Shown here: positions 44,321-56,530 of the stretch, one piece after another
Numbering within the stretch: the stretch's first letter is position 1
Layout of the letters: each line of letters opens with the position of its first letter
NCBI RefSeq assembly: GCF_009914755.1
Contig: NC_060929.1
Origin: the human T2T-CHM13v2.0 reference genome, Homo sapiens
Direction: 5' to 3' (one strand)
Length of the DNA stretch: 64,000 nucleotides
The notes under the pieces: model-generated
What the model was told of the DNA's origin: nothing
What the model saw: only the letters and a program-made list of their open reading frames with translations
Database searches by the model: none
Translations under genes and position numbers: made by a program

Positions 44321-45952
44321 TTGGTGACTTCACTTTATACCTACTGTTCAGAGGCAGCCAATTGCAAACACGTCCAGAAGCACTTTGCTATTTCTGATCT
44401 GCAAAATGGAGCAAGTCATCTGTACTCTGCTTCTTCAGTGGGTTGTGGGGAAGCAGAAATGAGAGGATGACATTCTAGCCTTTTGTGACCTCTCAAGTGC
44501 TGTCCTTATGGTCATTCAGGTACCATGAAAATTAGCAGAGCCCCAAGGGGGAAGTAGCTTGGTGCTCACCCAGTGGTATCCCTGACAAGTTGGCAAAGAC
44601 ACCCAGGGTGGCTTCACTTTCTCCTCAGCAAAGAGCTCTCCTCTGTTCCCTGAATCCTGGATATCCCACTGGGTCCTCTAGTGACCCCAAGCTTCAGCCT
44701 CGCATGCCCTCTTCTCGAACAGAGAAGGCAGGAGGGAAGCAGGGACCAGCCCCTGCTCCATCTTCCAGGATTCCAGGCCTCCCTGGCCTGGACAAGCCCT
44801 GAGCTGGCAGTTAGGAGAGCAGAGGTTGTGAATCTGGTGGGACCCCCAGCAGGTCTTTCTGGCTCAGTGCCCTCATCTGTGAGCAGGGGTTCCCCAGGAG
44901 ACCACGACAGAGGCCTGGAACCCAAGTTCTAATCCCACATCCTGGCTGGGCAACTTCAGGCAAATTTCTAACACAAGGTAAGCCTCAATTTCTCTCTGGG
45001 GTAATGATCAGGCACCTGCTTAATTCACAGGGGTTTGGTGGGCATCACGTGGACAATGTGGTTGCACAGCAGTGGGCAATGCAAAGGAAAGGAAGTATGT
45101 TAGTAAGTGCCCCTCCCCTGTTGCACAAAACAGGACACATGCTGGGATTGCAGAAAAGCAATAAATGCTGCATAGGTGAAGAAAACTATTCAAGGACCCT
45201 GGCCAAGTCACAGGCTACCTGTGGCCCTGAGGGGACAGCTCATGGGTTGGCATTAGGGGAAGCAGCTCTCAAGGGGCCTGTATCCTGGGGATTCAACTCT
45301 GTGCCTATGTGGCATTGAGCCTGTGTGAATGTGGTGACTGTCATGCTGTTTTGCTGTGTGTGCGTCTGCATGCCTGTGTGTTTGTGTGTCTCTCCACCTT
45401 CGTGGGGGGCAACTGTAGGTGTATTATGAGCCTTGGGTCTGTCTGTGTGTACAATAGCAATGTCTGTGCGGACTTAAGGACCTGCGCCCATATGTTTGTG
45501 GGACTTTCTGGGCATGCATGCTTGTTTATGAGGCCATACATCCGGGTATTCTGTGAACTGCTAGCATGGTGTGTATCTGTGTGGCAGACAGAAAATGGCT
45601 GGGTGGGATTGTAGGGGGCAGCTTGGGCAAAGGATCCTCAGTGTCAATCAAAATGGGTCTCAGTGGGAACCCAAGCAGCTCAGACTTGGGGGAGGGGAAG
45701 CTCTTCCTCCACCTTCCAGGGAGCAAACCTTGCAATTCAACACCACAAGGCTTTGAGTCCACAGGCAGGGACGCAAACTTTGCCCATTGGGTGAGACGCC
45801 ACTCACAGAAGGGAAATGGCTTCCTAAATCTAATCATTGCCCCTTCAAGCACTAACAACCCGTGCCCAGGAGCTGATGGCTAATGAATTATTGAGCTGGA
45901 AAGGGAGAAGAGGTAGAACCAAGGAGGAAAGAAACAGAAAAATGAGAGAGCA

Positions 45953-46516
<564 letters not shown>

Positions 46517-46527
46517 TCACAATGCAC

Positions 46528-46566
46528 CACACACAGGGACACACACACACACGCACGCACGCACAT

Positions 46567-46599
<33 letters not shown>

Positions 46600-46606
46600 A
46601 CACACA
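46528..46606. repeat. Compound (CA)n/(CGCA)n microsatellite upstream of the KCNIP1 CpG island
   Basis: Directly visible. Confidence 0.92.
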
Positions 46607-46659
46607 GTCTCCCTGGGGCCAATCTACTGCCCCCTGAACCTCACCCATCAGCCAGGTGC

Positions 46660-47720
46660 CTGGCCCCGGGTCTGTCTCTTAGGGTTACATGCTCCCGGGG
46701 CTCCCGCACATACCCCGGCAGATGAGGGTGCGCAGGGGTGAGGGCGCAGGGCTGGGCGTCCCCCGCCCCCACCGTGCAGCCCTCGCCCCCGCCCCGCCCC
46801 TCCGTAGTTGCCCGCCCGCCGCCCCCTCCGCCGCCCCCTCCGCCGCTCCGACTCTCGCCCCGAGCGCTGGCAGCAGGCAGCAGGCAGCAGGCGGGCGCGC
46901 TGTGGCTCCGCGCCGCGCGGTCCGGGCTCTGTTCATTCATGATTGGTACTCGGCCCTCCGAGACCCAGCCCGAGCGCAGGGAGGGGAGCCGAGTGTGCGG
47001 CAGGAGGGGCGGGCGGACGGCGGCTCCCGCACCGCACGCGGCGCTGGCTCGGCAGCCTCGGCCGGGCGGGCGCTCTGGCCCCGTGTCCAGTGCCAGGCAG
47101 GCTTCAGGGCACCGTCCTCGGCCCTGGGCGAGGGAACCGCCGGGCCGGGTCCTCGCGCGGGGAAGCGGTTCCGAAGGCTCGCGGGGAGCGGCTAGCCCTG
47201 AGTCCCTGCATGTGCGGGGCTGAAGAAGGAAGCCAGAAGCCTCCTAGCCTCGCCTCCACGCTTGCTGAATACCAAGCTGCAGGCGAGCTGCCGGGCGCTT
47301 TTCTCTCCTCCAATTCAGAGTAGACAAACCACGGGGATTTCTTTCCAGGGTAGGGGAGGGGCCGGGCCCGGGGTCCCAACTCGCACTCAAGTCTTCGCTG
47401 CCATGGGGGCCGTCATGGGCACCTTCTCATCTCTGCAAACCAAACAAAGGCGACCCTCGAAAGGTAAGCCACCTTCTTCCTTTTGTTCCCCTGTCTGGGC
47501 TTGGGGGTGCTAGGCGCCGAGGTGGGCTGTGCCACCTGCCTCCCTTAGTCCGGACTCTCCTCTCCACGAGGAGCCCGGACAGGTGCTTGTATCCAAAGGA
47601 GAGAGAAATCGGCGGGAGGGCTGGTGTGAACACCCAGAGGAGGGAGCCGGAGTGGACGTCTGCCCCAGCGGCAACTGGACCCCTCTGGGGCACCAGGTGT
47701 CGGGACTCTCCTCCTGGGGA
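46660..47720 (+). promoter_or_regulatory. KCNIP1: CpG island: promoter and 5' leader of the KCNIP1 myristoylated-isoform first exon
   Basis: Very high GC and CpG content; several GC boxes (CCCCGCCCC at 46761-46800); inverted CCAAT (ATTGG, 46942); no TATA box seen; lies directly upstream of the coding start. Confidence 0.9.
47403..47463 (+). CDS. KCNIP1: Kv channel-interacting protein 1 (KChIP1), first coding exon (20 codons + 1 nt, phase-1 intron)
   Basis: GCTGCCATGG Kozak; translates MGAVMGTFSSLQTKQRRPSK, the known KChIP1 N-terminus; AAG|GTAAG donor at 47464. Downstream EF-hand exons are not in the window. Confidence 0.97.
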
Positions 47721-50700
47721 AATCTCTGAGAGCCGAAGGAAGCGGCATGTTCACAGGTGGGGGTGACCGGATTCTCTGGTGGAAGTGTGGTGAAGCTCTT
47801 CCCATTCCCATGACAGCTGGCGTTTGAGCACTCAGTGAGGGTGCTGCCACACTCCCACACTCCTCCTAGGCGGCTATGCCAGGTGCAGACCTGCGAGTCC
47901 CTTCATCAGGAAGAGTGCTCTGTCTGCACCCCCAAAACCTCTGCAAGCCAAAAGGAATCAGCTGCTGCCAGGGGTAAAACTCCCAGGCCTCATGTCCTGG
48001 TGGCTCCGGGAGTCAGGAGGAGCAACCGTGAAGGGCTGGCTGCGAGCTGAGCTTACATCAAGGATTAAAAAGCATAATATCGTGGAGTCTCTTCTGCCTG
48101 GACGCTGTTCCTTCACCACCTGTCCCCAGCCGAGGCATGGCTGATCTCACCATCCGTGGGAGAGTCCTCAAATGGGTCCAGGTGAAGTTGGAACCAGTGT
48201 GTTGGGCCCTGGAGGACAATGCAGGTCTCCTTACCAGCAGTTCAAAAGTTAGTGGTTGGAATAAAGAGACTGGAAGCAGTTAGGAAACGGGAAATGATGG
48301 GTTTTGTTTTGTTTAATGTTCAAATGTCACTACGAGTGGTAAGATTTTAAGCAGCTTGACACTTAAACATTCAAATTCTACCATCAGAGCCCCCATCCTG
48401 GATACAGGTGGGAGTTAAGCTCCTACCCTACAGGCCTGATAGTGAGTAGAAGTGTAATGGGGTAAGGGACCCCAAGTGAACAATAAGTCTCCTCTTAGAA
48501 CTTGGTTGGTCTCACCCTGTTTAGAACCACAGAGATCTCCATAAGTAAGCTGTCCTTGAAACCCCCTGGAAGAAGGGGTCCCAGCTTCTGGCCCAGCTCC
48601 CAGGGGCATCAGGCTGGCTGAGCCCCGAGGAAAGAGATCTCTGGGTGCAGATCTTAGGTGCTGAAGCTGGGTTGGCATTTACATCCTAGAACATAGGAAG
48701 AGGCTTTGGCCCATTTGTCCAGCTGAGTTACATGTGCTGCTGGCAAGGAAGGGACTGGTTGTCCTGTTACCAGTCCTGACCAGAACAGGTCTGCAAAGCT
48801 CAGCCCAAGGCCTTGACATTCTAAGCCTCACCTCTCACAGATCCTGGGATGCTGCTTGACTGGGGACAATTTTCAGCGCCAAATATAGGTCTTCTCCCTC
48901 ATCATCTGTCTGACCACCATGCGGTCTCAGAGGCCAGGGGACTGTGGGGACAGGAAAGTCAGGGGCTTGTTTTTAAATATTTTCAATGCCTGTGGCTCTC
49001 CTGGGAGCTGGGTGTCACAGAAAGATCTCAAGCCCTAGAGTCAAGTGGAGTCTGGGTGTGAATCCCAGCTCCATCACTCCCTGCCTCTGGGACCTTAGGA
49101 AAGTCCCCCGCACCTCCCTAAGCCTCAGTTTTTCATCCATGAAATTCGTATGCTACTTCCCGGAGGGAAGGGTATGTAGGAAGTAGAGGAAGGGAAGACT
49201 CTGCCTCATATACTGTGTTGGCTGCAGCCACCAGGGACCCAGAGGAAGTTGTTGTAAGGATGTGAGAATCAAATGAATGATGAATAGGGAGCTCCGTGCA
49301 TAGGGCTGGGAAAAGAGTAAGAGCTCAGACATTGCTGTCTACCATTTCCTTCTCCTGCCCCAAACATCCAGGAATTCACCCTGGATGAATTCCTGCAGGA
49401 TTCCCAGAGTACAAAGGTCTTTGCTTCTGTCTCCTCGGATTCTAAGAAACAGAAGAGGGGGTACTGGCATTCAGTGTGTCCCTACTGTGTGCTTGCCATA
49501 ATGCTCGGTGTTTTATCAACAACTCTCATTTAACCCTCACAACAATGTTCGTTTGAGGCTCATAGCAGGTTCGGGGCCAATGGGTGGACTCCCAAGACAA
49601 GCTATCGAAGCACTGGGCACTCAGCCCTTCCTGCACAAAGCCCACTGGCGTGAGTTGTCCAGGGGTCCAGCTGCATATGTTCCCCCAGGTATTTGCCCCC
49701 GAAGCACAGTCATCTCACTGCCTTGCATAGTGGAATGCTAATCAGCAGAAGACCCTTCTATGGGAGGCAGCTTGGAAACCTGGAGGAAGCCCTGGCTGAG
49801 GAGGCTAGTGGTCAGGGAGCCTATCCTGGCCAGGTCACTTTTCCCCACTGGGGCCTCGGTTTCTTCTTTGTAAAGGGAGAAACTTACATTAGGCATTTCC
49901 TCAGGTTCCATTTGGTTCTCAAATTCTAATATTTTTATGGTTGATGCTCTCACCAGAGCTGCTGCTATGATCTCAGAGACGTGAGGCTCAGATCTAATTA
50001 GAAGCAACCGGAAGAGAGCAGTTGGGATTTTTCAACTCAGGAATCAGTCTCCCTGCTGGGTTCAAATTCAGGCTCTGCCACTTACTAGCTGTATGACTAA
50101 GCCTTGTTTTCCTCAACTATAAAACAGAGATAGTAGTAGTTACCATCTTAAAATAGCTGTTGTGTTGTGTGGATTTCAAGGATCATGCAAGTCAAGCATT
50201 TAGCACAGTCTCTGCTACATAAGTGGTCAGCAAATTTTAGGTACTATTCAATTTATGGCTCTATTGTTTGGGGCTTCCAAATGTCCAGAGTAAGGCCATT
50301 TTCGAAGTAGGCAGTACATCTGAGAGCCTTAACAGCTCATTTCTGGAAACCTTATCCAGCCCTATCCAGATAACTAGGACCAAAAACCCCAGCACACAGA
50401 TGCTCGTCCCTTGCTTCAACCCTCACTGACCTCTACTCTGTGGCTTGTCCTGAAAACATCAAAGCCTGCTCAATTAAAATCCTGAATGCCTTGATAATAC
50501 AATTTAGAAACATACATAGTTTTTAAATAGGGCAAAAACTCTGCATGATTAGTGCTGCAAGAAGATATCCAGCCCAACCTGGGTGTTCAGGGAGCGCTCT
50601 CTAAAGGCAACAGAAATCTAAAGTAATTTAAGAGCCATGCCACTGAATAAAAATATTCAGGTTCATTTCCTGTCCTTCTCTCTGTTTGGGATCTTTGTGT

Positions 50701-52319
50701 GTCTTTAATTAAAAGTAGGAGAGCCCTGCTTTTGGGATTCAGCCTCTGCATCCCAGTCCCAGATAGAATTTCTGACTCTAGCAGTTTTGCATGTGCATGA
50801 CACACCAAGGACACTGCTCCTGGCCTTGAATGGGTAAGTGAGACAGGCTAGGGCATTGAGGAGAACCAGAGGAGGACCATACAGGTGCAGCTGCTGGGCT
50901 TGTCAGCGGGGCAGGAGAATTTAGGGACAACATCACTAGACCAAGGCCATCTCAACAGAGAATTGCCTAGAAGCAAATAATCCCACACTACAGGGGTGGC
51001 TGGGTTAGAAATCCTCCATGACCGAGTGCAAGCATGCAGAACTTTCTGAAAGGGCTGAGCTTCGGATCTCCAGAATAGTCATAGCATAGGTGAGCTATGA
51101 CTCAACCCCATGGCTATCAGATGCTTTTTCTAAGGCCACACGGTGAGTTAATAGGGTACTGGTTAATATAGGGCCAAACATGGGAATGTTCCCGATAGTC
51201 CCATATTTGCTCCTAGATCAATGAGCACCTCAGGGAACTTATGGAAGCAGAGTGTACCTGATGAGACTGGGTTTAGGGTTTATTGGTCAGGGCAGCATTT
51301 TCAACCTAAAGATATGGGAGAGTGACAAGAGACAGACAGGCATAGAGAAGCAGTAGCCGTGTTGTCACATAGTCCTGAGCCCAAGGGGCAGGCCTTTGGC
51401 AAGTCATTTCACCTTGTAAATGCTAGTTTCTTTATCTGCAAAAGGAGAATCCTGATGTATAGAAATGTTTGTGCTTTGGTCTTTACCCATCTTTGCATCT
51501 TTGCCTGTCCCTTTAATTCTATAATGCTCTCCCACCCCACCCCTTGCTGCCTTGTCTAATAGTTAAAATTCCACCGACATTCCAAGACCTCACTCAGCAA
51601 TTTCCATATTCAGGAAGCCTTCTCCAAGCCCCAGAGAGAAGTGATTTCTCCCATCTGAATTCCCATATTCTTTTAAGGTGTACATTTTCTTATGACTCAC
51701 AATCGCGCTTGGAATTAGACAATCAACGGAGGTGTTAACCCCCTTTCCCCACCACCAGAGGTCAGGGTTCTTGGGGGTAGGAGCTCGTCTAACTCATCCT
51801 TCACAACTCTCTGCTTGGTTCTGTGCACATAGTAGGTACTTAATAAAAATTTTCCTAGAGTAAACTATAAATAATGGAATGGTTGGCCACTCTCCATTAT
51901 TTGCTAGAATTGCAGACCCTGCAGGAAAAGTTAGCTTCCCACCGGAATTTCAGTTACCAGCCCTCTGCCAGGAATGAATTCTGTTGTTCGGTCTGCTGGC
52001 TTTGAATTGACTTTGTCCATGAAATGTACCGAATCTGTTTACCATTTAGCAGGAAAGTGCTGAGAACAGTGATTCTACTCCCACTCCCTCATAATCACAA
52101 AGGTATGAGGAACCCACACCCAGCACCAGGCACAGTTCTGGTCCCTCAATCCCAGAAGAAGCTCAATGGAGCTCAAGATAAACAGAAAGAGAGAGATGGA
52201 AAAGAATGGAAGACAGAGGAGAAGGACTTACTGCCTAAAATCAGTGGGATTGTTTTGACTTGGTCTCTGGAAAAGGGCCAAGGCTTAGACCTCTTTGTCT
52301 GCCTGGAAGGGCCTTGCTC

Positions 52320-52525
52320 CATGAATGCTTTGTAAATCTGTAAGTGAATAAGTGAGCATATGCTTTAACAAATAAGTGAAAAGATGAATGATTGAATGAA
52401 TGGGGGAAGCAATAAAGGAGTGAATGAATGAAGCAACAAATGAATTATCAACTGAATGACAGAAAGAATGATCGAATAAATGACCACATGAATGAATGAA
52501 TATGTCCATAAATGAATGAATGATG
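52320..52525. repeat. Degenerate (GAAT)n tract, probably an expanded L2 tail
   Basis: Repeated TGAATGAA units over ~200 bp. Confidence 0.7.
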
Positions 52526-53758
52526 AAGTGCCAGAACAGCTATAATTAACAGCCTATCTTTTCACAAAGAGCATTGATAGTCATCTCCCCAAAGTTGAAA
52601 AATATAAATTCAGTCAAGAAGAGTCCTGGTAATTTTTTGGATACTGGTAGGTGTATAGTGTCTTTGGAGAAGGTGAGGAGATGTCTCTAAGTTTTCACTC
52701 TTTTGCTGAAACAAAAGCAGGGACTGACTCACAGTGATTCCCCTTGTCTTCCCTTATATTTCAGGTTCGTTCACCCTTGCCTGGGTGAGATCAGAATCTG
52801 TATATTTATCCACTCATTTATTTGTTCACTTAGCCAGTCCCACAATTGTCCTTCAGCATTGCTTCCCTGCCTAAGATCCACTCTGGCTTCCTCATCCTCC
52901 CTCTTCCTCCATCTCCTCATTCACCTGGCCAACTCCTACTTATCTTTCAAGGCCTCATTCAATGCCACCGCTCTGGGAAGCCTTTCCTGGCTTCTGTAGG
53001 CAGAGCACATCTCTGCCTTCTCTCTTTCCCCATAGCTGCTGCTGCTTCCCTTAACTACAATTCTGAACACACTATGAGGTTGTCATTATGGGTTTACACA
53101 TTTATCTCTCTGACTAGCTTTCAGGCACTGAGTCTTATCCCAGGGCCTCTGTCAGGCCTGACACTGCATCCAGGCTTGATGGATGCTGGCGGCATGGAGG
53201 TAAGGATGGATGGGCCAGAGTGTGCGTTCTTGATGGCTCTGAGCGGTGTGAGAATGCGGCGGTGCAGATGAGGAATCCAGGTCTGCTCCTGGGGAGAAGC
53301 TCTGCAAAATTCTGCATAATGGCCGTGGAGCTGATGTTCCCATTCATCAGGCAGGGAAGGAACAGTTTTTAGAAAAGAGAGAGAGAGCCTAAGAGTCCTA
53401 GGGCCTTCAGAGAAACATCTCTTTAAATGCTTCCCCTTCCTCCGGGTAGTATTTTAAATAGGTCACCTTCTGGAAGTAGTGGTAGTCAGTTGGGATATTG
53501 CTAGCTTCCCGTACCCCAGCCATGGGAGTAGTACTTTGGATTAAATCTTGTTATTCAAGGCCAGACTAAAAGCCTCATTGGTGCGGTGGGGGGAAGTAGG
53601 AACCACATTCCACTCAAATCAGGAAGCTAGAAGTAGGATTGCATTATGGCTATGAGCACCGCGTTAAAATAAGAGTCTTGGGATTGAACTCCCTTTCATT
53701 GGTTCATAGCTGAGCCTTTCCAGGCCTCAGTTTCCTCTTCTATAAAATGGGGACAGTG

Positions 53759-54056
<298 letters not shown>

Positions 54057-55519
54057 AAAATGGGGACAATGACAGTGTCTCCCTATAGGGCCACGTGAGG
54101 GCCAAGAAGGAATTGAACATGGTGCTGCACACCAGGTGAGTTGGCAGTGCTGGCTTTGCTGCTGCCTTTTGTCCCATCTCAGGACAGGCCCCTTCCTTCT
54201 GCCTTGCTCCACTTGGATGATGACGGTGTTACCCTTGGTAATCTCCCCATCCCTTTGAGCTGTGGCCTCTGATTCCAGCCCTCTGAGATCCCGAGCCACC
54301 ATATCCATGGTCACTGGCATTCTAAGCAGTTTCTCTGGTGATTCCTAAGGGAAGCTGTCAACTTTAGATGGTAAAAGCAATTCCCAACAGTGAGGTATGA
54401 AAATGCAGGTCACCCGCCAGGAAGGATAATAATACTAGCTCAAATGACTCTGGCCTCCACCCAGTGCCAGGCACCTTGCTCGGCTCTTTCCTGTGTTATT
54501 TTATTAACCCCAACCCTGGAGGACAAGATGCTATTACAGTTCTCATTTTGCAGTTGAGGAACCTGAGGCTCTAAAAAGGGAAGTGCCTTACTAAGGGTCA
54601 TAGAGCTTGGGAATCGCAGAGCCTGGTTCTGGTTGATCCCAGACCCTGAGCTTCTAACTGCCATACTAACCTCCTCTCCTCCTGGCTTTGCCTCTGGAAC
54701 CTTAGGGACCTGAGTAGAAAAACAGTCAAAACGGGTGCATGGATGTTGGGGAGAAGGCATTCAAGGATAGACTGAAGCACCTCATTAGCCACACGGAACA
54801 ACTGAGCTACGTGCAGGCCCTGAGCAAAATGCTTTTAGCCCCATCCCAACCCCGCCTCCCCCTAGATCTGTTTCCATTTCATCTGACACTGTGGAAGCCT
54901 GAATATGAAATGATTGGGGGCAGAAGGCCAATTAGCAAATTCATTAATAGGATTAAACATCTCTCCTCTGCTCTAATCATTTATGTGAACTAAAATTTTC
55001 TCTCTTTGTTATAGCCATCATTGCCTGTCAGTGAAGATAGAGTGTTTAAATATCTTCCAAGTATGTTAGAATTGCAAACGTTCAGAACCAGGGACCAGGA
55101 TCAGAGTTTTCACACGGTCCAGGTGGGCAAGGAGATCAGTCGGTTTACAAGTGGTTATCACTGCTAAGAAAAAAACACAAGAACTTGCTAGTACATTTGC
55201 AAGTACCTTACTGCTCATCTCCTTTCTCTCCTTAGCCACATGTTGGCCCAAATCACCTGCGTATGTTATACGGTTGTTATGAGCATACACTCCTGGTTAG
55301 GCAGACCTAGAATTCAAATCCTGGCTCTGCAACTCATTAGCTGTGTGACATTGAGCAGGTTACCTCGCTTCTGTGAACTTTCATCTCTACATAATCTAGA
55401 AAATGAAAGTATTGTTGATAATTCCCTCCCAGGTTGTTATGAGGATTAAATGCAGTCATGCATGTAAGATGCAGCGGTCAGCACTCAGAATGCGCTAAAG
55501 GTAAATTGTTACTATCTGG

Positions 55520-55988
<469 letters not shown>

Positions 55989-56319
55989 CTAAAGTACAGA
56001 TTATGGAACTATGTATATTGTATTACACAAAATTATATATCAAGCCAGAAGAGGCTTTTGCTAAGACTTCTGATTTAAGCCTCATTTTACAAATAAGAAA
56101 ATAGAATCCAGAGAAGGTGAGTGGTTTGCCCACAATCACACAGCTCAAGTGTTAGGCCTGACATCTGAACCCCAGCCCTGGTCATCTCATATAAATTGTT
56201 AAGAAGTCAGATTTCCAGATTTGCATTTCTGCAATCAAGCTTGTCTGTTTTTCTTTCTCTCTCTTTCTTTTTAACAACAAAGAAGTGCAGGATGATGTAC
56301 GCCCATTAAGTTTTAGTTT

Positions 56320-56530
56320 ACTCATTTTAAATGTTATTCCAGCCAACAGAGATCCTGAATCTTGACTCCACCAGCCGTCATCTTAGCTGTACCTCCAAGT
56401 TTTCTGCTACCTGAAGAAATGATAAGGAGGCATTCTAGGTCTTTATCTAAGTTGCTTCTAAGAACATGGGCCAGAACAGGGTGCAGGACAGAGCCATGTG
56501 GACTGCAACTAGAGACTTGCCTGCATAATG
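56320..56530 (-). mobile_element. L3/CR1 fragment
   Basis: AGAACAGGGTGCAGGACAGAGCCATGTGGACTGCAACTAGAGAC resembles the reverse of the CR1 RT 'SGVPQGSVLGP' region. Confidence 0.6.

Noticed and set aside
46641-47379. Several overlapping 80-170 aa Ala/Gly/Pro/Arg-rich ORFs
   Set aside because: Expected stop depletion in a CpG island, and most start at non-ATG codons. Only the AUG uORFs were kept.
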